From a candidate division WOR-3 bacterium (GTDB taxonomy: Bacteria; Hydrothermota; Tepidihabitantia; Tepidihabitantales; Tepidihabitantaceae): DNA of 64,000 nt. Below are positions 9,950 through 18,759 of the stretch, one piece after another; positions within the stretch are counted from its first letter, which is position 1; every line of letters starts with the position of its first letter. The stretch spans positions 12,506-76,505 of the forward strand of contig CBFGJV010000005.1 of assembly GCA_965649205.1 (NCBI GenBank), written 5' to 3'. The notes beneath the pieces are model-generated. The model worked only from the letters and a program-made list of their open reading frames with translations. It ran no database searches and was not told the DNA's origin. The position numbers and the translations under genes were made by a program.

Positions 9950-9977
9950 TTTACAAAGCAGGTTACACTACTAATAA
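9950..9977 (+). promoter_or_regulatory. Candidate promoter of rnpB
   Basis: TTTACA (9950-9955), a 16-nt spacer, TAATAA (9972-9977). The predicted TSS near 9984 coincides with the 5' strand of the P1 helix. An alternative is TTGCCA (9941), 17 nt, TACACT (9964). Confidence 0.4.
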
Positions 9978-9982
9978 GCTAT

Positions 9983-10459
9983 CAGACGGAGGCGGGTCGG
10001 ACGGTCGCTGCGGCTTCTGGCCGCAGAGGAAAGTCCGGGCACCAAAGGGCAAGGCACTTGCTAACAGCAAGGCCGCGGGTCAGAAATGGCCCGGGGACGG
10101 AAAGTGCCACAGAAACCATACCGCCCCCGGCGTTCCTGCGTCGGAAGTCCGGGAGAAAACCCAGGAAACCCGGGGTCAGGAAAGCTGACTGGGGTTTCAG
10201 GGGTGAAGCCCCTGATTCCCGGCGTCCTTGCCGGGGGTAAGGGTGAAAAAGTGCGGTAAGAGCGCACTATTCCGGGTGGTGACATCCGGGATGGGCAAAC
10301 CCTGCCTGGTGCAAGACCAAGTCGGGACAAGGACTGGCCCGGTCCGTTTGAGTCCTGGGTAGGTCGCTTGAGGCCTGCGGGTAACTGCAGGCACAGATAA
10401 ATGACCGTCACGGGCCGCAAGGTCCGTACAGAACCCGGCTTATAGACCCGCCTCCTCTG
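9983..10459 (+). ncRNA. rnpB: RNase P RNA, bacterial type A
   Basis: Universal elements are present: GAGGAAAGTCCGGGC, GGAAAGTGCCACAGAAA, GGTAAGGGTGAAAAAGTGCGGTAAGAGCGCAC and ACAGAACCCGGCTTAT. The 5' CAGACGGAGGCGGGTC pairs with the 3' GACCCGCCTCCTCTG to form P1. The many short ORFs on both strands here are spurious. At ~477 nt it is long because of an expansion at the P12 position. Confidence 0.9.
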
Positions 10460-12874
10460 TTACTCCAGTACCAATTTGGCCGTAGCGATGGTATTTTTTG
10501 CCTCCAGCCGGCAGAAATAGACGCCTGCAGCCGCCTTCCTGCCTTGGGCGTCCTGGCCGTCCCAAAAGACAACTGCGTCTCCGTTTCTGCCCGTCAGGCC
10601 GATTTTTCTCACCATCCGTCCGGCTATATCACGCACAACAAGTTCTGCATTCTGTCCCGTCGGGAGCCGGCAGAGAAACCGCACCTGTCCTCTTGCCGGA
10701 TTGGTTTTCAGCTGGAGGACCGTTCCGGTGTTCGCCTCTCTATCTTCCTCCGCGCCCACCCGGTCCTGATAGACAACAAAGTAGTTTGCCCGCCGCGCGA
10801 AATACAGCTTGTTTCCCATCTCGTCTCTTGCCGCATAACGGGGCAAGGGTATATCGGGCAGAAAGGTGGTTAACTCATCGTAGCGGCAGTCCAAGATACG
10901 GAGACCATCCGGGGTGCCCAGATACAATCTGTCTGTCAGTTCGTTGAGCAGTCCCACATGCCGGAAATTCACTGACACAGCGCTGGCGATACTGTCGCCC
11001 GCGCAGTCGTACACATAGACCGCACCTTCCAGGGGGCCTTCGTGACACAGGTACAGTTTTCCCAGTCGCGTATGCAGGAAAACGGTATCTGCGTCTGTCG
11101 GAAACGGAACTCGGCAGACTACAGAATCATTCCGCACATCTAGCACCGTCAATACGCAGGCGCGATTATCCACCAGATACAACCTGCCGTTACCGCCATG
11201 GGCAACCAGTCTTGTATCTCCTGTTCTCCTGCCGGCCCAAAGGCGCGAGACGATTGATTCTCTGACCGGGTCCATGCCGAGCAGAAGAAGTCCGGCAGTG
11301 TCTCTGCCCGCCAGATATATGCGCCGCGACCAGGGATGATAGGCGGCGCTGGACACATCCCCCGGCAGCGTCAAGACACTTCTTATCGTATCCCGCAGAC
11401 AATCGTACACAAAGGCCCTAGGTTCCGCGGTATAGGCGGCAGGAAACAGAAACAGCTTTCCCAGCTCCGGCAAAAGCAGGGGCAGAGCGCGTATGATTCC
11501 GGGCATCTTCGCCGCGGTAAGGCGTAAGTCTCGCACGCAGTCAAAAACTTCCAGGACGCTGTCGCCGACTACATACAGCCGGCCTAGGGCGGGATGGACG
11601 ACGGCAAAAACATTGGTGCCGGACACACCGAGTGGAAGTCGGGTAAGCTCCTGGTATCGAGAACCCAGGACCAGCACTGCGCCGTTTCCCGGCAGGAGAA
11701 GATACAGCTTGTTACCAGCCGGATAATACACCATACCCCGAATGCTGTACAACGTATAGTCCATATATCCTCTCACCGTGTCCGGGCCTGCTTCCACGAC
11801 AATAACCGTATCGTCACTCATGGCGCAATACAGTTCGTGCCTTGTCTCGGATACCGCCATGACCTGCGGCTCGCCATAGGTCAGCGTGCCAATGCGACCG
11901 ACCAGAGTGTCTGTTTCTCCCAGCACGGCTATACCGCCGGAGCGGTCGGTAGATACATACACGCGGCCGCTGTACGCACAGGAAGCAAAACCGACTGCCG
12001 CGCCGGTCTGCACCCGGGCGCGGATAGACTCTTGGGCGCAATCCCAAACTGTCACCGAATCCACAGGACCGCTGGCGTACAACCTGTTCCAACCCGGATG
12101 GTAGAACAACCTGCTACGGCTGAAAAATCCCGGAACAGTATGCCACTCGGTAATCTCATCGGTATTCACTATCAGAAGTTGCTCATTCTCTCCGCTGCAG
12201 TACAGCCGGCGTCCCAAGGGATTGAGCGCTATCTCCAACACCTGAAATGGCAGAACCGCCCGCCCTACTACCGATTCTCTCGCACAGTCAAATGCTATAA
12301 GCTTGTATTCCTGAGTATCTGTTCCGATCCAGCTGCTGGCCAGCAGCAGCCGGTCGGATACCGAATCCCAGGCCGCCACAAAATAGTCACTGCTGTCCAT
12401 TTCCGTAATCCTGCGCAACGACTCGGCTCGCACGTCATAGGTCATAATGCGGAGGACACCGTCATCGTTTCCCGGCAAAAACAAAAGACCAGACCTGGGG
12501 CTGTAGAGCAGACCGCCGGTTACCCGCGGCAGGACGACGGTGCGTAGAACCGTATCTGTCCGCGCGTCCACTATCACCAGGCTCGTTTCTCTTGCTAGAT
12601 AGATTCGTTCTTCTTCCTCGCTGCAGACCATATTGGTTGCGGCCGGGAGTTTGCGTTCCTTGCGCAAGGTTAACGGATCAAAAACAAGCACCCCGCTGGT
12701 AGCAGCCACATACACTCTTCCTGTGGAAGGATTCGTCAGAATTTGACTGGGATTACTCAGACCGCCCAGAGTGTCGGAAATATAGACGATGGTATCCAGC
12801 TGCTGCGCCAGCGCACTGGTTCCCAACACGACCCAGAGAAGCGCGAAAGAAAGACGGAGACTATGTTTTGTCAT
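10460..12874 (-). CDS. Secreted YVTN/YncE-type beta-propeller repeat protein with T9SS/FlgD-Ig-type C-terminal domain
   Basis: Signal peptide MTKHSLRLSFALLWVVLGTSALA. About 15 repeats of the pattern [GNR][KR][LIV]Y[VLCA]-x5-8-[VL]x[VI][IVLF]D. The C-terminus VVFWDGQDAQGRKAAAGVYFCRLEAKNTIATAKLVLE is CTD-like. AAGGAG lies 7 nt before the ATG. Confidence 0.7.
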   Translation of the reverse strand: MTKHSLRLSFALLWVVLGTSALAQQLDTIVYISDTLGGLSNPSQILTNPSTGRVYVAATSGVLVFDPLTLRKERKLPAATNMVCSEEEERIYLARETSLVIVDARTDTVLRTVVLPRVTGGLLYSPRSGLLFLPGNDDGVLRIMTYDVRAESLRRITEMDSSDYFVAAWDSVSDRLLLASSWIGTDTQEYKLIAFDCARESVVGRAVLPFQVLEIALNPLGRRLYCSGENEQLLIVNTDEITEWHTVPGFFSRSRLFYHPGWNRLYASGPVDSVTVWDCAQESIRARVQTGAAVGFASCAYSGRVYVSTDRSGGIAVLGETDTLVGRIGTLTYGEPQVMAVSETRHELYCAMSDDTVIVVEAGPDTVRGYMDYTLYSIRGMVYYPAGNKLYLLLPGNGAVLVLGSRYQELTRLPLGVSGTNVFAVVHPALGRLYVVGDSVLEVFDCVRDLRLTAAKMPGIIRALPLLLPELGKLFLFPAAYTAEPRAFVYDCLRDTIRSVLTLPGDVSSAAYHPWSRRIYLAGRDTAGLLLLGMDPVRESIVSRLWAGRRTGDTRLVAHGGNGRLYLVDNRACVLTVLDVRNDSVVCRVPFPTDADTVFLHTRLGKLYLCHEGPLEGAVYVYDCAGDSIASAVSVNFRHVGLLNELTDRLYLGTPDGLRILDCRYDELTTFLPDIPLPRYAARDEMGNKLYFARRANYFVVYQDRVGAEEDREANTGTVLQLKTNPARGQVRFLCRLPTGQNAELVVRDIAGRMVRKIGLTGRNGDAVVFWDGQDAQGRKAAAGVYFCRLEAKNTIATAKLVLE

Positions 12875-13486
12875 ACACTATCTCCTTTGCCATCCTCAGA
12901 ATATTAGGCCCGCGACCCTTTCTAATCCTGCGGCTAAAACCTCCCTCTGTCAATCTCCTCTTTTTTAGGGGGCAAAAGCAGAATACCAACTTCTTCCGTT
13001 TTTGTCCGTTCCGCTACTGGCTTTCTTCCTGCGACTGCAGCTGGCGGAGAAAGAAAGTAAAATCAAAGGAGCGGGAATCACTTTGTTCATAATAGAAACA
13101 ACCGCGCTCGTTTGCCGTGTTCTTCTGGCTAAAAAACGCTTTTCTTTTGTCTCTTCAGACACCGCCCTCGCCTTTGCTTTTTAGTTTGCAGAGAACAACT
13201 CTTCTCTTTTCTCTTCTGAAAACAACGCCTGCCCGGTATTCTTTGCGCAAAAGATGAGCACAGCACCGCCCCCCAAGCGACCCCTGAGAGTCAGAGCAGA
13301 AAGGCTCCGGTAGGGGATAAGATCTTGACCTGTCGCCAGTTAGAGCTATTCATCTCTTGACACATGCCTTGCTGCGGTCAGCGGGGAAATGTGCTAACTG
13401 CCACTTATTGCGCAAGTTGCCGTGCTGACCGCAATTTATTCGTTCAGGCACTGGCTTTCGGACGGGCTCCGTTTCGGAAAAAGTTC

Positions 13487-13514
13487 TTGAACCGCTGGCA
13501 GTGTTACATATATT
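13487..13514 (+). promoter_or_regulatory. Candidate sigma70-like promoter
   Basis: TTGAAC (13487-13492), a 16-nt spacer, TATATT (13509-13514), ~60 nt upstream of ATG 13575. Confidence 0.3.
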
Positions 13515-13574
13515 GTGGCGGGCAGTTTCTTTCTGCGGAATTATATAGGTAACGACAGGCATACTACCTTGCTT

Positions 13575-14759
13575 ATGTTTCGCCATTACCGGTTATTATT
13601 TGCGGCAATTGTGGTGCTGGTTATGGGGCTGCGTTTTGTGACTGTCGTGCTGGTCCGTCCTGAGCCGGAGCTGGATGAAGCTCTGCATCTGAAGGTGGCA
13701 GAACAGTTTGGGGCAGGCTTTCCTAGTCTTGGGCAATTACGCAGTTATGGTTCGGCTACTGGCCCGTTCTTCTATCTGGTTATGGGTAATGCTGGTGCTT
13801 TGGTGGCTTATGACCTTATGTGGTTGAGGCTTGGGGTTCTGGGAATGGCGGTTGCGTCTCTGTTTGTTTTCTATCGTATTCTGAAAAGGGCTTTGCCCGA
13901 AGATGACCCCCTGCCTGCTTTGGCTTGTCTGGCTACGGCTCCCTATTTTGCGCCCTTGGCCGGCATGCTGATGACAGAGCATCTGGCTATTTTATTGGGT
14001 TTGGCTTCATTTCTTTTCTACCAGAGATACGGGGCGACGGGGAGGATGGGGGAGGCGGTACTGTCTGTTTTTCTGGCTACGTTGGCACTTCTCACCCGCG
14101 TATATCTGGTTTTTCTGCCGGCAGCCATGTTTGTGTCCGGTCTGGTAACAAGACCGCGCGTCTGGTTCCGCTGGCTTTTTTTCCTTTTGCCGGCAGGGAT
14201 ATTTCTCCCCCTGGTTTTGTTCTGGCGCGGTCTGGCTCCGCCCAGTTACCAACATCTTTATCACCTTGGTTTTTCCTGGCAGAATCTGAGCTCAGTTTGT
14301 ATCTGGCTGGGGGTTTCCTTTTTTCCCTGGGTGCGGCAGTGGAAAAGGGTAGAGCGACTTGCTTCCTTGCTTATAATACCGGTTTTGCTCTCAGTGCCCC
14401 TGCCCGGACTGGGTTTCACACGTACGGTGCTTTCCTTATGGCCTCGCCCGCTTGTTCTGGCTGTAGTTCTGGTACTTGGGCTGGTCGGGTTGAACTATTT
14501 CCTCTCACTGCTGCCACGTGGATCGGGGAATAACCTGTCTCTGCGGACTGCAGCCGGCGGTGGTTTGTTTCTGGTGCTGGGCCTGGTCATTTCCGGTCCG
14601 GCAGTGTACGAACGGTATATGCTGCCCGGTTATCCCTTTCTGCTTTTGTGTGCTCGACCGGCTGCTAGCCGCACCAGAGCGCTGGTCTGGGCAGGGTTAT
14701 GTCAGTTTCCCCTGGCGGTAGCGCACATTTTACACCTGAGCGGCTGGTTGCGGGTCTGA
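13575..14759 (+). CDS. Polytopic membrane protein, GT-C-fold (ArnT/PMT-like) glycosyltransferase candidate
   Basis: About 11 hydrophobic helices. The first loop carries PELDEALHL, which is like the DExxH/Y motif of GT39/GT83 enzymes. The start was moved to ATG 13575 (MFRHYRLLFAAIVVL). Confidence 0.45.
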   Translation: MFRHYRLLFAAIVVLVMGLRFVTVVLVRPEPELDEALHLKVAEQFGAGFPSLGQLRSYGSATGPFFYLVMGNAGALVAYDLMWLRLGVLGMAVASLFVFYRILKRALPEDDPLPALACLATAPYFAPLAGMLMTEHLAILLGLASFLFYQRYGATGRMGEAVLSVFLATLALLTRVYLVFLPAAMFVSGLVTRPRVWFRWLFFLLPAGIFLPLVLFWRGLAPPSYQHLYHLGFSWQNLSSVCIWLGVSFFPWVRQWKRVERLASLLIIPVLLSVPLPGLGFTRTVLSLWPRPLVLAVVLVLGLVGLNYFLSLLPRGSGNNLSLRTAAGGGLFLVLGLVISGPAVYERYMLPGYPFLLLCARPAASRTRALVWAGLCQFPLAVAHILHLSGWLRV

Positions 14760-14788
14760 AACCCGGGCGAGTTGCGAAAGCCGGACAG

Positions 14789-15793
14789 TCAATCCAGCGG
14801 CAATCTGGCCTTGGCTGGAAGATGCAGGGGAGAAGGTCCGAAACGTTCCAGACGTTCCACCGCTGCGGCGGCAATCATGGCCGCATTGTCGGTGCAGTAG
14901 GCCAGGCGGGGAAAGAATACTGCAAAGCCGGACTGTTCGCTGGTTTCCAGTAATCGCGTCCGCAAAAGTGAGTTGGCGGCCACTCCACCAGAGACTCCTA
15001 CCAGCTTCAGACCGGTCTTTTCTACTGCTTGCACGATGCGTTTGACCACCGATTTTACGGCCGTTTCCTGAAAGGAGGCGGCTACGTCTGCTTTATCTGC
15101 GTCTGGATGTTCACGAAGGTAGTACAGGACAGCCGTCTTCAAACCGGAAAAGCTGAAGTCCAGTGAATCAAGGTGCGCGGGAGAACTTGCCAGTGGTATC
15201 GGAAACCTGATGTTCGCCCGGCCATTGCGGGCCAGCTGTTCGAGAGCCGCACCACCCGGATAGGGCAGACCCAGAAGTTTGGCCACCTTGTCGAATGCTT
15301 CGCCGCAGGCATCGTCTATGGTGGAGCCAAGCACTTCGTAAGAACACCAGTCCTTTACCCTGATCAGTTCTGAGTGTCCGCCGGAGAGCACGGCCGCCAG
15401 AAACGGAGGCTGGAGCAGAGGACGTTCCAGTCTTAGAGCGAAAATGTGCCCTTCTATGTGATTCACGCCTACGAACGGAATGCGGAGGGAATGGCTGAGG
15501 GCTTTGGCAAAGGGCAGGCCGACCAAAAGAGCGCCCAGCAGTCCGGGGGCATGGGTGGCGGCTACACTGGTCAGCTGGGGCCAGGAAACTCCGGCCTGCT
15601 CCAGGGCGGCCAGAGTTACAAGCACCAGCAGTTCGGCATGGGCGCGGGCAGCCAGTTCCGGCACCACTCCACCGTATTTTGAGTGTATATACTGGGAGGA
15701 TACGACATTGGACAGTACCGAGGTCTTACCTGCCAGAACACACGCGGCGGTTTCGTCGCAGGAAGTTTCAATGGCCAGGCAAAAGGTATTCAT
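14789..15793 (-). CDS. tsaD: tRNA N6-adenosine threonylcarbamoyltransferase
   Basis: LAIETSCDETA, GGVVPELAARAH, VNHIEGH and GVSGGVAANS are Kae1/TsaD hallmark motifs. 334 aa. Confidence 0.95.
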   Translation of the reverse strand: MNTFCLAIETSCDETAACVLAGKTSVLSNVVSSQYIHSKYGGVVPELAARAHAELLVLVTLAALEQAGVSWPQLTSVAATHAPGLLGALLVGLPFAKALSHSLRIPFVGVNHIEGHIFALRLERPLLQPPFLAAVLSGGHSELIRVKDWCSYEVLGSTIDDACGEAFDKVAKLLGLPYPGGAALEQLARNGRANIRFPIPLASSPAHLDSLDFSFSGLKTAVLYYLREHPDADKADVAASFQETAVKSVVKRIVQAVEKTGLKLVGVSGGVAANSLLRTRLLETSEQSGFAVFFPRLAYCTDNAAMIAAAAVERLERFGPSPLHLPAKARLPLD

Positions 15794-15838
15794 AGCCTGG
15801 ATTTCATCAATTGGGAAATGCCGCGCATAGCGGGGCGA

Positions 15839-16747
15839 TTAGCGGACGGTAGCATCAAAAAACTCGGGTACGCAGCGGATAAGCTGCAGACCCGGAGGCA
15901 GGATTATTTCCGCGGCCAGACGATATTTTCCCGGTTCCTGATCTTTTATTCTTACCCGTACCACTATATCTTCCGGTTGCAGGTCCTGGAGCAGACGTTC
16001 CGGCCCGGAGACGGCTATCTGCGCTTCTTTTGGTTCTACCGTCACTTTGCGTGTGGGAGGGGCAAGAGCGAGCACAGGTATGGCCAGAAATATCCGCGCC
16101 ACTTCCTTGTCTAAGTCCACCAATACCGGGATTGTTTCCGGGGTAACCGTAAAGCCTTCGGCAGAAGGAGGAAGAACTCGCAGGAAAAGAGTTTCGCTTT
16201 CCTTGAAGCGGGCCAGGTCTAAGGACTCGGTAACGACAACAGGATAGAGGGATATGTCGTCCCGGGGACCGGTCAGAGTTACTTGGTCTGCAAGCGGGAA
16301 GAAAGTGGCGGTAAATCCTTTGGGAGGTTTGCTTTTGACAGGAATCTGGATGGTGACAGAACGGCTTTCTGGCTCGCTCAGTCTTAGTTCAACCGATTCT
16401 GGCACAATAGAGTGGAGTTTCAGCGTCTTGGGGAGGTTGAGGCCGGCCGGGTCAAGGGCAAACTTGTGAAATCCGGCTCTGAGTTCAGGCACGTTTATGC
16501 GGAACAGGGGATTGCGCATGCGGATGCCGACCAGGTCTTTGCCTTTTCCTTCTACGGTGACGGTGGCGTATCTGGTTTCCAGGTCGGTGATGATTTTGGA
16601 AGTAGTTACTTCGCCCAGTTCAATCGGGACAGAGATGCTGGTGACATAATTCCTGTCCAAGGCGGCCATAAACCAGAGAAACACAGCGACAAGCAGAGCT
16701 ATGATTTTCTGGGGAATGTCGGCAAACAGAAAGCGGAGAAATGTCAC
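15839..16747 (-). CDS. YbbR-domain protein (CdaR-like)
   Basis: An N-terminal membrane anchor (IIALLVAVFLWFMAAL) is followed by repeated YbbR-like beta modules (VPIE..., VTVEGK..., LTGPRDDI..., IAVSGPERLL...). Confidence 0.7.
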   Translation of the reverse strand: MTFLRFLFADIPQKIIALLVAVFLWFMAALDRNYVTSISVPIELGEVTTSKIITDLETRYATVTVEGKGKDLVGIRMRNPLFRINVPELRAGFHKFALDPAGLNLPKTLKLHSIVPESVELRLSEPESRSVTIQIPVKSKPPKGFTATFFPLADQVTLTGPRDDISLYPVVVTESLDLARFKESETLFLRVLPPSAEGFTVTPETIPVLVDLDKEVARIFLAIPVLALAPPTRKVTVEPKEAQIAVSGPERLLQDLQPEDIVVRVRIKDQEPGKYRLAAEIILPPGLQLIRCVPEFFDATVR

Positions 16748-16753
16748 CAGACC

Positions 16754-16781
16754 ATCTTAGATTTCACGCGGCAGATGTCAA
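16754..16781 (-). promoter_or_regulatory. Sigma70-like promoter of the ybbR-tsaD unit, leaderless geometry
   Basis: The minus strand reads TTGACA (16781-16776), a 16-nt spacer, TAAGAT (16759-16754), then 6 nt and GTG (16747). Confidence 0.45.
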
Positions 16782-16791
16782 CCAGCATGAT

Positions 16792-16819
16792 TTGACAACC
16801 TAAAACATAATTTTAAGAT
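16792..16819 (+). promoter_or_regulatory. Sigma70-like promoter of the GyrI-like lipoprotein gene
   Basis: TTGACA (16792-16797), a 16-nt spacer, TAAGAT (16814-16819). The track's TTG start at 16820 abuts the -10 box. AAGGAG plus GTG at 16853 is the more likely start. Confidence 0.45.
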
Positions 16820-16852
16820 TTGCGCCTGGCGCTAACCAACAAAAGGAGCAAA

Positions 16853-17422
16853 GTGACGAAACTGATCGTGAAGGTGTGTGCGGTATCGCTGCTGGTGGCG
16901 GCGATTGCGGGTTGCGGGTCGCAGCAGCCGGCAGCAGAAAAGAAAGAGCAGCAATTCTCTGCGGAAATCGGACATCTGGATTCCATGCTGGTGGCTTCGC
17001 TGGCCCGGACCGGACCTCATTCCGGACTGAACGCGGCCATGACAGAGTTGTTTGCCTGGCTGGAGAAAAAGCAGATTCAACCTACCGGGCAGCCGTGTGG
17101 TGTGTTCTATGGGGAACTGGAAGTACCCGCAGACAGCGCCGTGTGGGAAGTATGTGTTCCGGTTCCGGCTGGAACCAAGGGCGATGAGAAGGTTGAAGTG
17201 AGGATAATACCGGGGGCAGAAGTAGCCAAAGCGCTTCATGTGGGACCTCATGAGAAAATTTCTGCCACGTACGAGAAGCTGCGGAGGTGGATAGACGATA
17301 ACGGCTATATGATTGCCGGACCGGCGCTGGAGTTCTACCATACAAATCCGGCAGATACCCCGGCTGATTCCCTCAAGGTGGATGTGGCGTTTCCAGTTGT
17401 GGTCAGACAGGACGAAGAGTGA
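16853..17422 (+). CDS. GyrI-like (SOUL/AraC-effector-binding fold) small-molecule-binding lipoprotein
   Basis: Lipobox LLVAAIAGC. WEVCVPVP ... GAEVAKALHVGPHEKISATYEKLRRWIDDNGYMIAGPALEFY matches the GyrI-like pattern. Confidence 0.6.
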   Translation: MTKLIVKVCAVSLLVAAIAGCGSQQPAAEKKEQQFSAEIGHLDSMLVASLARTGPHSGLNAAMTELFAWLEKKQIQPTGQPCGVFYGELEVPADSAVWEVCVPVPAGTKGDEKVEVRIIPGAEVAKALHVGPHEKISATYEKLRRWIDDNGYMIAGPALEFYHTNPADTPADSLKVDVAFPVVVRQDEE

Positions 17423-17542
17423 GGAAAACAAGGTTTGGAGCTGGGGCAGAGCCGCTCAGCCGGTGCTTGGGAGTAGACACATAACCAAGTGAAGTCGTTA
17501 GACCGGGTGTGCGGCAAGAATTTGCGGAATACTCATTTCTGC

Positions 17543-17570
17543 TTGACATAATGGGTTATTCCCCTAGATT
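17543..17570 (+). promoter_or_regulatory. Candidate promoter P1 of the TonB-receptor locus
   Basis: TTGACA (17543-17548), a 16-nt spacer, TAGATT (17565-17570). Confidence 0.4.
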
Positions 17571-17630
17571 AGGCTCAGCCATTGATCGTGGTGAACTGCC
17601 TTTCTGACTGCAGAAAGATACCAAGACTGG

Positions 17631-17658
17631 TTGACATTTGCAGAGAAGGTCATACACT
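17631..17658 (+). promoter_or_regulatory. Candidate promoter P2 of the TonB-receptor locus
   Basis: TTGACA (17631-17636), a 16-nt spacer, TACACT (17653-17658). A 7-bp/4-nt-loop hairpin CTTTCTG-ACTG-CAGAAAG lies between P1 and P2. Confidence 0.4.
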
Positions 17659-17736
17659 TGTGACCGATGCGGAAGGGCGGGAAAACGAAGGTATAACTGA
17701 TGATACCGAGAGTCATAATAGCGAAATGGAGGTAAG

Positions 17737-18750
17737 ATGAGTCAAATGACTCCCGATACCCGGAAAGCGCTCTTTGTTTTGACGGCGGTATTGGGCTTAG
17801 GTCTGGCTGCTACTGTTCTGTTTGTCGGTTGCGGCCGTATGCCGGAAGAGCCTTTCTGGGAGCCGAACGCAGAGGATACAGCGGCGATAAAAGCTGTGAT
17901 AGAGGCGAACAAGAGCTTGTTCCGGACCGCCTTTGCCGAGCCAGCTTTTTTCAGCATGGATACGGCGTTGTCGGACACCAACAAGAAGCGACTGCGCAGA
18001 GAGATAAAGGATAATCCCTACCGGCCTCGTTTCCGGGTTGATTCCCTGCAGCATATTTTCTTCACCGATTCTTATGACCTGAAGTATCGGTTCATAGCCA
18101 CCCTGGATACGGCCAAGGCCGAGACTACCTGCACGGTGTACTTTGCCGAAACGATTCCGGGAATTCTGAAACTGCACGCTTACGCCAGTACGAAGTTTCT
18201 CAGAGACACGGTAATCGGCGGGGATACGCTCAAGCTTTATGACACTCTGTTTACACCCGATTCGTGGATAATCCAAAAGCCTCTTTATGCCACGACTACG
18301 GACGGATGTGTACTGAAGAAACAGAATGGTCAGTGGTTTTTCTGGAAGCGGGCAGGTGCTTCCCGCACCTATGGACCTTCGCCTGATGACGCCCCCTATC
18401 TGGACAGGATATTCCTGACGAACGGCAGAAAGGAAGATACCTTTGTGCTGCGGCCAGATACGCTGCATCGGGGAGTGCAGAGGTTCTACACCGAGGAAGA
18501 GCTTCCTACTTTCTCGGTAGGGGACAGCATTTATGTACGGAGTCTGTTGACCACGGTGGTGGATGCAAAGAACTTTCTCCATTTTGATGGCCGCAGGTAC
18601 GAGTTCAAAGCGACGGATAAGATATATCTGAGTCGTCCGGGTGTTTTCCGGTTATATTTTGAGCAGATACCCATCAATGTGCTGTATGAGGACCCACGAG
18701 GCCGGTACGTGGGCCTTGTATGGGGCGCGTGGATAAGGGTGGTAGAATAG
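17737..18750 (+). CDS. Lipoprotein of unknown function (first gene of the TonB-receptor locus)
   Basis: GGAGG RBS. Lipobox-like TVLFVGCG. 337 aa with no recognisable catalytic motif. Confidence 0.6.
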   Translation: MSQMTPDTRKALFVLTAVLGLGLAATVLFVGCGRMPEEPFWEPNAEDTAAIKAVIEANKSLFRTAFAEPAFFSMDTALSDTNKKRLRREIKDNPYRPRFRVDSLQHIFFTDSYDLKYRFIATLDTAKAETTCTVYFAETIPGILKLHAYASTKFLRDTVIGGDTLKLYDTLFTPDSWIIQKPLYATTTDGCVLKKQNGQWFFWKRAGASRTYGPSPDDAPYLDRIFLTNGRKEDTFVLRPDTLHRGVQRFYTEEELPTFSVGDSIYVRSLLTTVVDAKNFLHFDGRRYEFKATDKIYLSRPGVFRLYFEQIPINVLYEDPRGRYVGLVWGAWIRVVE

Positions 18751-18759
18751 GAGGAGACC

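Noticed and set aside
9941-10420. Several 65-163-aa ORFs on both strands (9697-10188, 9941-10240, 10061-10420, 10197-10394)
   Set aside because: The region is RNase P RNA, with universal rnpB sequence blocks and P1 pairing. The ORFs are incidental.
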